A stretch of 64,000 nucleotides of DNA, taken from contig NC_043014.1 of assembly GCF_006345805.1 (NCBI RefSeq), positions 23,746,001-23,810,000 of the forward strand, written 5' to 3'. Within the stretch, counting starts at the first letter, position 1, and every line of letters starts with the position of its first letter. The notes under the pieces were generated by a model. The model worked only from the letters and a program-made list of their open reading frames with translations. It was not told the origin of the DNA and searched no databases. The DNA is from Octopus sinensis. Taxonomy: Eukaryota. Position numbers and translations under genes: made by a program. Positions 49,801-64,000 of the stretch are shown here, piece by piece.

Positions 49801-51762
49801 ATATATAAAAGTATGTAAGAGGGTCCTAGCAAGGCCACTGCGTCTCTCTTTCAGAGCTTCCTTGCAACTGGCAAACTTCCAAAAAAAACTGAAGGAAGGT
49901 AAAATATGCCCTATTCATAAAGGAGGTAGCAGAGCGGAGGCCAAGAATTACAGACCTATCTCCCTAACCTCACACATCAGCAAGGTCATGGAACGAATAG
50001 TCAGAAGGAAACTAATCACCTTCCTTGAAGAAAATGACTTGCTGCCTGACACCCAACATGGTTTCTGACCAGGAAGAAGCTGCTTAACTCAGCTCCTACA
50101 ACACTATGACTGGGTGCTGAAACAACCGCTCAACCACTCAAATGTGGAAGTCATATATCTCGACTTTGCAAAGGCCTTTGATAAAGTAGATCATGGAATG
50201 ATATGTGACAAACTGCGTGATCTTGGCATAGTTGGAAAATTGGGAGAATGGCTTCATGACTTTCTGAAGAATAGAAATCAGATGGTAACAGCCAATGGGG
50301 CCACTTCCATTAACACGCAAATAGTGAGCGTTGTTCCGCAGGGCACTGTTTTGGGACCACTACTGTTCAGAATGGCCCTCTCAGACATGCCCTCAGCCAC
50401 GCAGAGAGCCACGATCACAAGTTATGCAGATGATACAAAAGTCTCACAGGCAATACAGAACCCTGAAGACACTAAGCACCTGCAATGCGAGCTGGACGAA
50501 ATATACAAGTGGGCTGAAAAGAATAGCATGCAGTTCAATGCTGAAAAGTTTCAAGCTTTATACTATCAGCATGCAAAACTGAATGCAATACCCAATAAAT
50601 TTAAAAGACTCCGCCGGTTACGACGACGAGGGTCCCAGCTGATACGATCAACGGAACAGCTTGCTCGTGAAATTAACGTGCAAATGGCTGAGCATTCCAC
50701 AGACACGTGTACCCTTAACGTAGTTCTCGGGGAAAATCAGTGTGACACAGAGAGTGACAAGGCTGACCCTTTGAAATACAAGTACAACTCATTTTTGCCA
50801 GCTGAGTGGACTGGAGCAACGTGAAATAAAGTGTCTTGCTCAGGGACACAACGCGTCGCTGGGAATCGAACTCACAACCTTACGATCATGAGCCGAATGC
50901 CCTAACCACTAAGCCACGCGCCCTCACACCCAATAAATACACTGGACCCAGAGGGATTGCAATCCCAGAGGCACAATCAGTGCGTGACTTGGGTATTCAC
51001 ATGAGTGATGACGCGACCTTTCATGTACATGTTGCTAAACTGGCAATGAAATGTAGACGGCTGGCTGGATGGATTCTTAGAACCTTTAGAACAAGAGAAC
51101 AAGAAACCATGATGGTCCTCTGGAAGACACTTGTCCTAAGCCACTTTGACTATTGCTCTCAGCTATGGTCACCATCATGTGTCAAGATGATCACAGAACT
51201 TGAGGCGATCCAACGAAGCTACACGAAGAAGATAGCCTCTGTGCAGCATATGAGCTACTGGGAAAGACTCAAGAGATTAAAGCTCTATTCCCTGGAGCGT
51301 AGGCGAGAAAGATATGTCATAATATATATCTGGAAGATCCTGGAAGGACTTGTCCCAAACTTTGGCATCGAGAGTCACACAAATGCCAGAACCGGTTGCC
51401 ACTGCGTAGTACCAAGGACTCCAAATTTGCCATCAAGATAGTAGGCAAGATATTGTGATAGCCTGGGCTTCAGAGGCCCACAGCTCTTCATTATCCTCCC
51501 AAAGAACTGAGGGACCTGCATGGTGTAGATGCGGATGTTTTAAAGTAGGACTGGACCTCTTCCTGTCAGGTGTCCCGGATGAACCAACTTCACGCAGGAG
51601 GTGCAGATGAGGGCAGCTGCATCGAACTCTCTCATGCATCAGATGGCGTTTGCTAAAAAGCATCCGTGAGGTAAAATCGTGTAGCAAACCAAGTGGCGGT
51701 GCCCCAGCATGGCCGCAGCTCATTAGCTGAAACTGGAAGAATCAAATCAAATCAAAATCAAT
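49800..51762 (+). mobile_element. CR1-like LINE family B, 5'-truncated, with 3' UTR and (AATCA)n tail
   Basis: [53 protein letters not shown]. Confidence 0.92.
50601..50927 (-). mobile_element. tRNA-derived SINE inserted in the LINE RT with an 11-bp target-site duplication
   Basis: ACCCAATAAAT at 50590-50600 and 50928-50938; box A TGGCTTAGTGG and box B GTTCGATTCCC on the minus strand; removing it restores LNAIPNK-YTGP. Confidence 0.9.
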
Positions 51763-51837
51763 CATATACATATGTATACATATATATATAACATATACAT
51801 ATATATATATATATATACATATATATAAACATATACA

Positions 51838-51871
<34 letters not shown>

Positions 51872-51993
51872 ACATATACATATATATATATATATACATA
51901 ATATATATAACATATACATATATATATACATATATATATAACATATACATATATTATATATATATATATATATATATACATACATATATAAAC

Positions 51994-52025
<32 letters not shown>

Positions 52026-52039
52026 ATACATATATAAAC

Positions 52040-52096
<57 letters not shown>

Positions 52097-52149
52097 TATA
52101 TAAACATATACATATATATATAATATATAATATATATATATAACATATA

Positions 52150-53686
52150 CATCATCATCATTCATCATCATCATTTAGCGTCCGTTTTCCATGCTAGCAT
52201 GGGTTGGACGGTTCTACTGGGGTCTGTGAAGCCAGAAGGCTTCATCAGGCCCAGTCAAATCTGGCAGTCTTTCTACGGCTGGATGCCCTTCCTAACGCCA
52301 ACCACTCCGTGAGTGTAGTGGGTGCTTTTTACGTGCCACCCGCACTGGTGCCAGACAGAGCTGGCAAACGGCCACGAACGGATGGTGCTTTTTATGTGCC
52401 ACCGGCACGAGGGCCAGGCGAGGCTGGCAACGGACACGAAACGGGGCGGTGCTGGCAAAGGTCGCGAAACGGAAAGTTCTCTTACATGCCACCGGCACTG
52501 GTAACACATCTGCAATTTCCATTGATCGATTTCGATTCTGATCCTCACTTGCCTCAATGGGTCTTCACAAGCAGAGTTTCGACATGCCACCGGCACTGGT
52601 AGCACATCCGCAATTTCCATTGATCGATTTCGATTCTGATCCTCACTTGCCTCAACACGTCTTCACAAGTAGAGTTTTTGTCCCAAGAAGGGAAGGTATG
52701 CATACGTAGGCTGGCTCCATCCCATGTAGAAGGCCACGGGTTGTGGACTCACTTGTCCTGCCGGGTCTTCTCGCGCACAGCACACTTCCAGAGGTCTCGG
52801 TCTCTAGTCATTTCCTCAGTGAGACCTAAAGTTCGAAGGTCGTGCTTCACCACCTCGTCCCAGGTTTTCCTGGGTCTGCCTCTTCACAGGTTCCCTCAAC
52901 CGCTAGGGTGTGGCACTTTTTCACACAACTATCTTCATCCATTCTCGCCACATGACCATACCAGCGCAAACGTCTCTCTTGCACACCACAACTGATGCTT
53001 CTTAGGTCCAGCTTTTCTCTCAAGGTACTTACACTCTGCCGAGTGTGAGTACCGGCATTACACATCCATCGGAGCATACTGGCTTCATTTCTAGCGAGCT
53101 TACGCATATCCTCAGCAGTCACGGCCCATGTTTCACTGCCATGTAGCATGGCTGTTCGTACACACGCATCATACAGTCTGCCTTTCACTCTGTGCGAGAG
53201 GCCTTTTGTCACCAGCAGAGGTAAGAGCTCTCTGAACTTTGCCCAAGCTATTCTTACTCTAGCAGTTACACTTTCAGCACACCCACCCCCGCTGCTGACT
53301 TGGTCACCTAGGTAACGGAAACTATCAACTATTTCTAGTTTTTCTCCCTGGAAAGTGACGGAAGTTGGTCTCAGAGCATTTTCAGTGTTTATTGTTCCTG
53401 AGCATCTGCCACATACAAAAACCATCTTCCTAGTTAGCCTTCCTTTGACATTGCTGCATCTCTTATGTGTCCATAGCTTCCACTTGGTGCATCTTATAGA
53501 GTTTCTACCTACACCACCTTTTCTACATCGAGCAGGGCCATCTACCTGAAGGTGTTTGTGATTTGTCTACCTTCCTACTGATTACGACTTTGGTTTTAGC
53601 TAGATTGACTCTGAGGCCCTTCGATTCTAATCCTTGTTTCCACACCTGAAACTTCTCCTCCAGTTCTGATAGCGACTCAGCAATTA
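52150..53686 (-). mobile_element. RTE LINE, 5'-truncated
   Basis: Same family as 24138-27257. Confidence 0.93.
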
Positions 53687-53767
53687 TACATATATATATA
53701 TATATATATAATATATATATAATATACATATATATATATATATATATAAACATATATATATAAACAT

Positions 53768-53811
<44 letters not shown>

Positions 53812-53827
53812 ATATATATATAAACAT

Positions 53828-53862
<35 letters not shown>

Positions 53863-53865
53863 AAC

Positions 53866-53896
<31 letters not shown>

Positions 53897-53897
53897 C

Positions 53898-53928
<31 letters not shown>

Positions 53929-54055
53929 ATACATATATATATAACATATACATATATATATATATATACATATATATATAAACATATACATATATATATA
54001 TATATATACATATAAACATATACATATATATATATATATATATACATATATATAT

Positions 54056-54605
54056 GCATGCAATTAGACTCGGAAAGTTCGTGAGGAACCCATTGACCCA
54101 ATTTGCTGACTTTTCCGATAGCACACAGGTCTCAATGAATGGTTGAATGACCACATCCAAGCTTCTCTGCTAGTTCCTCAACAGTTACGATGAGATTTTG
54201 TTCCACCAGGGTTTTCAGGATGTCCTTGTCGAGTTCTACAGATCTTTCAGGATGAGGCTCGTCTTCTAGGCTGTAATTTATGGCTCGGAATTTCTTGAAT
54301 CACCATTGACACTGCCTTACGCTTATTGTCCAATCCCCATATACTGCATTAATATTTCTTGTACTTTCCGTTGCGTTGTTGTCTTTATTGAACTCATAAA
54401 GCAAAACATGCCAAATATGCTCCTTTGTTACTTCCAACATAGCTTTGAAAAAAATAGCTGTTAAAATCGAAATGCACTCTTCAAAACTTGCACTATGAAC
54501 AAGGACAAGATAAAATTACTACCTGCTTTTATAGCAAGTTAATATAAGTAGTTTATCCCATTCCCCTCTGACTTTTAGTTCAAGCTGTTGAAAAAACGGC
54601 ATTAT
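54056..54605 (-). mobile_element. Mariner transposon 5' half (HTH region and WVPHEL), with stops
   Basis: ATG at 54440; MLEVTKEHIWHVLLYEF...LEDEPHPERS...VEELAEKLG...GQWVPHELS. Confidence 0.88.
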
Positions 54606-54881
54606 TATATATATATACATACATACATACATACATACATATACACACACACACTCTCTCTCTCACACACATGCACACATTTATATTCTGTTATTCTTTT
54701 ATATGTTTCAGCCTTGAGGTTGTGGCCATGCTGGATCATGTGTGTGTGTGTGTGTGTGTCTATCTGTCTGTCTGTCTGTATGTATATATGTATATGTATG
54801 TGTGTGAACAATAATATTTTCAACAGATGTGTTGCAAATGTATCTGATTGTTCTCAAGCTTCAATACTGTGTGTGTGTGTA

Positions 54882-54912
<31 letters not shown>

Positions 54913-55269
54913 ATGTATGTATGTATGTATGTATGTGTGTATGTATGTATGTGTGTGTGTATGTATGTATGTGTGTGTGTGTGTGTGTGTATGTATGTAG
55001 GTATGTATGTATATATGTATGTATGAGTGTATGTTTACTTTATTACTAACACAAGCCACTACGGTTATTTAATGTAAAGTCTTCCTCAAATCACTCTCGC
55101 TATTTACTCTCTTCCAAGAACATTTTCACTCACTCTTATCTCCTAGCTTCCCATACATTTTACTCATGTATCTATCAGCGTCATAGACAGAAACAAATAT
55201 TACATCGCCATCGTCATCGCATTCTATTGTCTACCTGTCAACACACTGAATTAGTTTCACTTTATTCGT

Positions 55270-55517
55270 TGCACACTGTGCGTTTGCGTGTGCTGTAAAC
55301 CAGACTAAGAAAAGCATTTGACATACACACCAGAATGTGAGTTTTCTGTAAATTTTGCTTAATTGGAGTTTAAATTTTAAAAACTGGACCTGGCATGACC
55401 CGATGCATTCTACTCTTAAAAAAGCTAGGTAAATTGTAATGGAAGAAATCCTATATTGTAGATTTCTATAACTGACAAAGGGAGGCAGATAAAATCTGCC
55501 GTTTATAATAAGAGATA
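55270..55517 (-). mobile_element. Helitron-like 5' segment, duplicated at ~56800-57040
   Basis: Two ~240-bp similar copies, both beginning on the minus strand with TCTCTTATTATAAA.GGCAG; compare TCTCTCTATATATAAACGGCAG at 58370. Confidence 0.55.
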
Positions 55518-55559
55518 TATATATATATACATATAAATATATATATACATATATATATA

Positions 55560-55957
55560 CTAGCAGTATCGCCCGGCGTTGCTCGGGTTTGTAAGGGAAA
55601 TAACTATATAAGCATTTTTAGAGAGTTATAGCCAAAAAATAGGAAAAAAATGCATTAAAATGGAAAAAAATTAAGGTAAATTTCTTTTTAAATCGTCGTG
55701 ACACATCGTAGATATTTTTAGAGAGTTACTTCCCTTATATAATAGCGAAAAAAATGCATTAAAATGGAAAAATATGATGGTAAATTTTTTTAAATTGTAG
55801 ACTCATCGTAGACGCGCGCTAATACCCAGAAGGGCTCGATATGACTCACGACTATAAGATACCCGGTTTTGGTTACACTGCACCGCAAAATGTGGGAGTA
55901 GTTAGGAATCTAAATCGTAGGAGACAGACACACAACTTCACTCTTATATATAGAAGA
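55560..55957 (-). mobile_element. Non-autonomous Helitron, same family as 40549-40947
   Basis: TC...hairpin...CTAG termini and an A/T target. Confidence 0.8.
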
Positions 55958-56068
55958 TATAAGTCACGTAGTTATATACACATACTTTGTTATATACACA
56001 TTCTTAAAAGAAAATGTATATTTTGAATACAACATTTATAAGAATAAATATTTTTTGGTTTTTCTTAA

Positions 56069-56740
56069 CCCTTTCGTTACTATATTTCTGACCAAAATAC
56101 ACCCATTATGTGTTTCAATTAATTTTACCGTAATCATAAATTTAGTCTGGTTTCATTAAACAACAATAACTTTTTTATTTATCAATATATTAACGTGAAT
56201 TTTGGAAGATAATTTAATGAAATGTCCTCAACCAATTCTATACTATAATTTTTGTCACAAAGTGACTCTAATTGCAGGTAGATACAGGTAAATTCAACAA
56301 TATATAAAATTATTAAAATTTTGTTCAAACATCGCTATAGAAAATGGGTTATTAGCTAATTATTCAATTGGGTATACAACAAAATTTTACAATAGAATTT
56401 GTTATTCTGGGTAACTTTCTGATACCCATAATAATATTTATGGCAAAATAGGCCTTAATTTCATTTAAGGTTGTGGGAAATAACAAACTATCCTTTCTTT
56501 CGTTTTGTTTACGTTTAGCGTAACGTTTCGTTTCTGCCGTAATGATTTCAAATGGGCTCATTCGAAAAAGTAAATAGAAATAGTCTAAGGCTTTACACTT
56601 CTGGGAAAGTCTGTGGCTTGGTGCAGTTTTCTTCAGAAAAATCACCGAAAGAAACAGTTTTTAAATTTTCACTCCATTCAGGTACCAATTCGTTTTCTTT
56701 ATCGCTGTCGGATTCACTGTTTTCACTTTAATAGCTGCAA
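56069..56740 (-). mobile_element. piggyBac relic (one terminus and transposase N-terminal fragment)
   Basis: TTAA|CCCT terminus at 56065-56072; LDYFYLLF...IITAETKRYA...TTLNEIKAYFAINIIMG resembles DDE_Tnp_1_7 transposases. Confidence 0.75.
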
Positions 56741-57166
56741 ACTTGCAAAGACAAAGGAGGAGAAGGGTGATAGCGTCAGTGAAACAATTCGCTCCCTTTG
56801 TGTGTTGTGCGTTTGCGTGTGGGTAAACCACATTGAAAAACATTTGACATACACACCAGAATGTGAGTTTTCTGTAAATTTTGCTTAATTGAAGTTTAAT
56901 TTTAAAAACTGGACCTGGCATGACCCGATGCATTCTACTCTTAAAAATGTTAGGTAAATTGTAATTGAAGAAATCCTATATTGTAGATTTCTATAAGTTA
57001 CAAAGGGAGGCAGATAAAATCTGCCTTTTATAATAAGAGATACATATATATATATACATATATATAATATAACATATATATATATACATATATATATACA
57101 TATATATATATACATATATATATATACATATATATATATACATATATATATACATATATATATTAC

Positions 57167-57197
<31 letters not shown>

Positions 57198-57328
57198 CTA
57201 TATATATATACATATATATACATTATATATATATACATATATATATTATATACTATATTATATATACATATATATATATATATATAATATTATATACATT
57301 ATATATATATATATACATATATATATAC

Positions 57329-57359
<31 letters not shown>

Positions 57360-57530
57360 ATATATATATAGACATAATATATATATATACATTATATATT
57401 ATATATACATATATATGTATATACATATATAAATATATACATATATAATATACATATATATACATATATAATATATATATACATATATATATATTATACA
57501 TATATATACATATTATATATATATACATAT

Positions 57531-57666
<136 letters not shown>

Positions 57667-57986
57667 CCATACATATATATATATATATATATAATACATA
57701 TATATATATATATACATATACATACATATATATATATATATATACTCTTTACTTGTTTCAGCCACCTCACTGCGGCCATGCTGGAGCACCACCTTTAGTA
57801 CTTATTCTATCGGTCTCTTTTTGCCGAACCGCTAAGTGACGGGGACCTAAACACACCAGCATCGGTTGTCAAACAATGCTAGGGGGACAAACACAGACAC
57901 ACACACACATATACATATATATACATATATACGACAGGCTTCTTTCAGTTTCCGTCTACCAAAATATATATACATATATATATATA

Positions 57987-58370
57987 CTAGCAGTATCGCC
58001 CGGCGTTGCTCGGGTTTGTAAGGGAAATAACTATAAAGCATTTTTAGATAGTTATAGCCAAAATATAGCAAAAAAATGGGAAAAAAATGATGGTAAATTT
58101 TTTTTGAGAGTTAAAAAGGTGGAGTTGCGTCCCCTAGACAGTCTGTGGTTTGTGTTTCTGATTCTCGACCCCATGTCGAATTTATCGATTTTTTTCAGAA
58201 CTGGGGGAACTTTTCAAAATTTTTGCTGCGTTAGTTTTGAATTATGACATTGGGCTATGTGTGTGTCAAGTTTCATCAGAATCGGTTGAAAGCCGTGGTC
58301 AGGGTGAGGGTACAACCTAACAGACACACAGAAACACACACAGACAAACTGCCGTTTATATATAGAGAGA
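57987..58370 (-). mobile_element. Non-autonomous Helitron with shared 3' end but a different 5' module
   Basis: Same CTAG/hairpin end as 55560, unrelated internal sequence (aagtttcatcagaatcggttg). Confidence 0.75.
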
Positions 58371-58775
58371 TATACAAATATATATATACATATATACATG
58401 TACATATATATATATATACAAATATATATATACATATATATATACATATATATATACATACAAATATATATATACATATATATATATACATATATATATA
58501 CATACAAATATATATATACATATATATATACATACAAATATATATATACATATATATATACATACATATATATATATGCAAATATATATACATATATATA
58601 TACATACATATATATATACGCAAATATATATATACATATATATATATACATATATATATATACATAATATACATATATATATATATACATATATATACAT
58701 ATATATATATACATATATATTATACAAATATATATATATATAATATAATACATATATATATACATATATATATAT

Positions 58776-58810
<35 letters not shown>

Positions 58811-58914
58811 CATATATATATATACATATATATACATATATATATATACATATATACAAATATATATATAATATATATACATATATATACAAATATATAT
58901 ATACATATATATAC

Positions 58915-58945
<31 letters not shown>

Positions 58946-59030
58946 TATTATATACAAATATATATATATTATACACATATATAATATACATATATATATA
59001 CATATATATACATATATATACACATATATA

Positions 59031-59851
59031 TCATCATCATCATCATTTAGCGTCCGTTTTCCATGCTAGCATGGGTTGGACGGTTTAACTGCGGTCTGTG
59101 AAGCCGGAAGGCTTCATCAGGCCCAGTCAGATTTGGCAGTGTTTCTACGGCTGGATGCCCTTCCTAACGCCAACCACTCCGCAAGTGTAGTGGGTGTTTT
59201 TTACGTGCCACCTGCACAGGTGCCAGACAGAGCTGGCGAACGGCCACGAACGGATGGTGTCACCGGCACGGGGCCAGGCAATGCTGGCAACGGACACGAA
59301 CGGATGGTGCTTTTACGTGCCACCGACACGGGGCCAGACAGAGCTGGCAAACGGCCACGAACGGACGGTGCTTTTACGTGTCACCTGCACGGGGGCCAGC
59401 CGAGGCTGGCTACGAACACGAACGGATGGTGCTTTTACGTATCACCGACACGGGTGCCAGACGAGGCTGACAGTGGACACGAACAGATGGGTCACTTAAC
59501 CCCTGCTTTCTGATATATGATTTGATTTTGATTGTTCTCACTGGTCTTGCCGGGTCTTCTGACGCACAGCATACTTCCATAGGTCTCGGTCTCTGGTCAT
59601 TTCCTTGGTGAGACCTAGAGTTCGAAGGTCGTGCTTCACCACCTCGACCCAGGTTTTCCTGGGTCTTACCTCTTCCACAGGTCCCCTCAACTGCCAGGTG
59701 TGGCACTTTTTCACACCCTATCTTCATCCATTCTCACCACATGACCATACCAGCGCAATCGTCTCTCTTGCACAGAACATCTGATGCCTCTTAGGTCCAA
59801 CTTTTCTCTCAGGTACTTACACTCTGTCGACTATGAACACTGACATTACAC

Positions 59852-59852
<1 letters not shown>
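59031..59852 (-). mobile_element. RTE LINE, short 5'-truncated copy
   Basis: (GAT)n tail, repetitive 3' UTR, GRGKTQENL (frameshifted GRPRKTW region). Confidence 0.92.
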
Positions 59853-59882
<30 letters not shown>

Positions 59883-60157
59883 CATATATATATACAATAT
59901 ATATATATACATATATTATACAATATATATACATAATATATAATATATAATATATATACATATATATATATACATATATATATATATACATATATATATA
60001 TACAATATATATATACATATATATATAATACATATATTAATAATATATATATATACATAATATACATAATATATATATACATATATATATACATATATAT
60101 ACATAATATATATACCTATATATATATATATACATATATATATACTATATATATATA

Positions 60158-61336
60158 CATCATCATCATCATCGTTTAACGTCCGTTCTCCATGCTAGCA
60201 TGGGTTGGACGGTTCGACCGGGGATCTGGGAAGCCAGAAGGCTGCACCAGGCTCCAGTCTAATCTGGCAATGTTTCTACAGCTGGATGCCCTTCCTAACG
60301 CCAACCACTCCGTGAGTGTAGTGGGTGCCTTTTACGTGCCACCTGCACAGGTGCCAGGCGAGGCTGGCAACGGCCACGGTCGGATTGGTGTATTTTATGT
60401 GCCACCGGCACGGAAGCCAGTCGAGGCGGTGCTGGCATCGGCCGCGAGTTGGATAGTGCTTTTTACGTACCACCAGACCAGGGATCCTGGCTGGTTCAAT
60501 TCGATTTCGATTTCGCTTGCCCTAACATGTCTTCACAAGCAAAGGGGGTTGGCATGGGTGCCTGTCGTACGGTCGATTGATGTGGATATTTTTACGTGCC
60601 ACCGGCACGGAAGCCAGTCGAAGCGGCGCTGGCATCGGCCACGAGTCGGATAGTGCTTTTTACGTACCACCAGACCAGGGATCCTGGCTGTTTCAATCGG
60701 TTTCGATTTCGATTTCGCTTGCCCCAACATGTCTTCGCAAGCAAAGGGGGTTGGCATGGGTGCCTGTCGTCGGATGAGGTTCTATATCGACTTCGCTTGC
60801 CTCAACAGGTCTTTGTGTCCAAGGAGGAAAGGCATTCATAAGTGGGCTGGGCTCACTTGTCCTGCCTGGTCTTCTCACGTACAGAATATTTCCAAAGGTC
60901 TCGGTCGCTGGTCATTTCCTCAGTGAGGCCTAAAGTTCGAAGGTCATGCTTCACCACCTCGTCCCAGGTTTTCCTGGGTCTACCTCTTCCACAGGTTCCC
61001 TCAACTGCTAGGGATTGGCACTTTCTCACACACCTATCTTCATCCATTCTCGCCACATGACCATAGCAGCGCAATCGTCTCTCTTGCACACCACAACTGA
61101 TGCTTCTTAGGTACAACATTTCTCTCAAGGTGCTAACGCTCTGTCGAGTATGTACACTGACATTACACATCCATCGGAGCATACTGGCTTCATTCCTCAC
61201 GAGTTTACGCATGTCCTCAGCAGTCACGGCCCATGTTTCACTGCCATGTAGCATGGCTGTTCGTACACACGCATCATACAGTCTGCCTTTTACTCTGAGC
61301 GAGAGGCCTTTAGTCACCAGCAGAGGTAAGAGCTCC
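60158..61336 (-). mobile_element. RTE LINE, 5'-truncated copy with expanded 3' UTR
   Basis: [21 protein letters not shown]...[10 protein letters not shown]. Confidence 0.92.
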
Positions 61337-61381
61337 CTATATACATATATATATATATACATAATATATACATATATATAC

Positions 61382-61428
<47 letters not shown>

Positions 61429-61557
61429 CATATATATATATATACAAAAATATATATACATATATATATATACATATATTATACATATATACATATATAC
61501 AAAAATATATACATATATATATATACATATTATATACATATATACATATATATATAT

Positions 61558-61590
<33 letters not shown>

Positions 61591-61679
61591 TATATATATG
61601 TACATATATATATATATACAAAAATATATAACATATATATATATACATATATATATACATATATATATACATATTATAT

Positions 61680-61764
61680 ACATATCCATTGTACATACAT
61701 ATATATATATATATCCATCGTATATATATATATCCATTGTATATATATATATATATCCATCCTG

Positions 61765-61800
<36 letters not shown>

Positions 61801-62027
61801 ATATCCATCGTATATATATATATATTATATTATATCCATCGTATATATATATATATAATATATATATATATATCCATCGTATATTAATATATATATATAT
61901 ATAATATATATATATCCTGGTTCTTGACTGATGACTGAGGGCTTCGAATGTCCCGTCCTGTGGTTCTTGTGTCGTCTCTGTGGTGTTTCATGTTCTTGTC
62001 CATGTCTGTAATTATTTTTACTGTTTA

Positions 62028-62074
<47 letters not shown>

Positions 62075-62112
62075 TATATTATATATATATATATATATCC
62101 ATCGTATATATA

Positions 62113-62152
<40 letters not shown>

Positions 62153-62209
62153 ATCGTATATATCCATTGTATATATTATAATATATATATATATATATGT
62201 ATATCCATC

Positions 62210-62253
<44 letters not shown>

Positions 62254-62560
62254 ATCGTATATACATATATATATCCATTGTGTATATATATATATATATA
62301 TATATATCCATCGTATATATATATATATATATATCCATCGTATATATATATAATATATATCCATTGTATATATATATATATATATCCATTGTATATATAT
62401 ATATATATATCCATTGTATATATATATATATATATCCATTGTATATATATATATATATATCCATTGTATATATATATATATATATCCATTGTATATATAT
62501 AATATATTATATATATATATATCTATATATATATATATCCATCGTATATATATATATATC

Positions 62561-62596
<36 letters not shown>

Positions 62597-62760
62597 TTAT
62601 ATATATATATACCTATATATATACATATCCATCGTATAAATATATATATTTATTTATATATATATACATATATATATACATATCCATCGTATAAATATAT
62701 ATATTTATTTATATATATATACATATATATATACATATCCATCGTATAAATATATATATT
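61680..62760. repeat. (TA)n array punctuated by CCATCG/CCATTG
   Basis: Recurrent atccatcgtatata / atccattgtatata units. Confidence 0.85.
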
Positions 62761-62896
62761 TATTTATATATATATATACATATATATATACATATATATA
62801 TACATATATATATATATACATTTATATATAGAGGGCATTGTATTTATTTATATATACATATATATATACAATATATATATATACATATATATATAC

Positions 62897-62932
<36 letters not shown>

Positions 62933-62952
62933 TTATTTATATATATATATAC

Positions 62953-62984
<32 letters not shown>

Positions 62985-63109
62985 TTATTATATATATATA
63001 TACAATATATATATTTATTTATATATATATATATACATATATATACATATATATATATACATATATATATATATTATATATATATAATATATATTATATA
63101 CATATATAT

Positions 63110-63131
63110 AGATAGATAGATAGATAGATAT

Positions 63132-63194
<63 letters not shown>

Positions 63195-63195
63195 T
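63110..63195. repeat. (GATA)n microsatellite; another lies at ~38655-38685
   Basis: Perfect GATA repeats. Confidence 0.95.
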
Positions 63196-64000
63196 TATCC
63201 GGATTATATTGAGAGTGTATATATATATATATACAACCAACCAAAACCGAGTGTTTTACAGTGGTAAAAAAAAACTAAACATTTTATAAAAGCTACATGA
63301 CGTCTCTAAATCAATTAATTTGTATAAATATATTTCTGTAGTTTCCAAGTATCCAAAAGACCACATAAAAATTAAACATCATCGTTTGAAAAATTTACTA
63401 ACATTAATAAGTACTGTGCCTCTTGAAGAACTAATATACCAAAATGAAAATAATGATTGTGTAGATACATATATAACTTATACATCAGAAAATCGACGAA
63501 ACTGAGTTACTACCTTTATAATTTTACAAGAACTTGAAAGAATTGTTAATGAGAAGGAAAATTATATTAAACGTCAAAAATGAAAGAGACACAAACAGAC
63601 CATGTTTAGTGAATACGAAATTTCGATTTGGGTTATTTCATGACATACAGAAAGAAACGGGAAAGAACAGTGAATAATATTTTACCTTGCAATATCAGTA
63701 TTTAAATATTGTCCATCCTAAGAGGTTATTAACTATCTCATAGTGTTCAGCTTTCAACAACTGAACCTCTTTCCTCCATTAACAACAGGAACGTAGCAAT
63801 AGTTGTTGGATTTAGCCATTCGACTACTACGGGTGCTCAAAAGTGATATATGTATCACTAATACATATATTAATTTACCATCAACTCTCACTTCCTCGTC
63901 ATCATATGAACAAAGATCGTTTTAAAACATAGAGAGACAGAAAGAGGACTCGATGGAAATTCAAATGAGTTGATTCCGAATTCATTTCTTTGTAAAGGGG

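Noticed and set aside
61930-61965. Hammerhead at CTGATGA...gggc/gtcc
   Set aside because: No GAAA follows the putative stem II and stems I and III cannot be built.

Overview
AT-rich eukaryotic (animal) DNA. The repeat landscape (long (TA)n/(TATG)n tracts, RTE LINEs with (GAT)n tails, tRNA-derived SINEs, CR1-like LINEs, small Helitrons) looks like a coleoid cephalopod, probably Octopus; this is inferred, not database-confirmed. Almost all I/Y/C/V/M/H/T-rich ORFs in the track are translated microsatellites. One host gene is supported: two minus-strand, phase-compatible coding exons (18181-18262 and 16463-16613) encoding an N-terminus of the RalBP1/RLIP76 type (FPGLY motif, K-rich tract, KGY..F.E..S.EE). 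A possible non-coding first exon ends at 32956. The rest is nested transposon debris: at least three CR1-like families, RTE, an R4/Dong-like RLE LINE, Tx1/L1, two Penelope-like elements, Tc1/mariner, piggyBac, non-autonomous Helitrons, SINEs and MITE-like palindromes, plus a 100-N gap at 9191-9290. Best observations: (1) a hammerhead-ribozyme fold in a Penelope 3' region; (2) a Penelope split by a twin-priming-like inversion; (3) a SINE family sharing its 3' end with a CR1-like LINE in the same window; (4) a deletion patched by two inverted templated copies of neighbouring DNA; (5) an 18-bp minisatellite born from the RT catalytic motif; (6) head-to-tail Helitrons; (7) RTE copies consistently embedded in (TA)n tracts. 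No prokaryotic features or CRISPR arrays. TE boundaries were read by eye and are approximate unless a junction is quoted.
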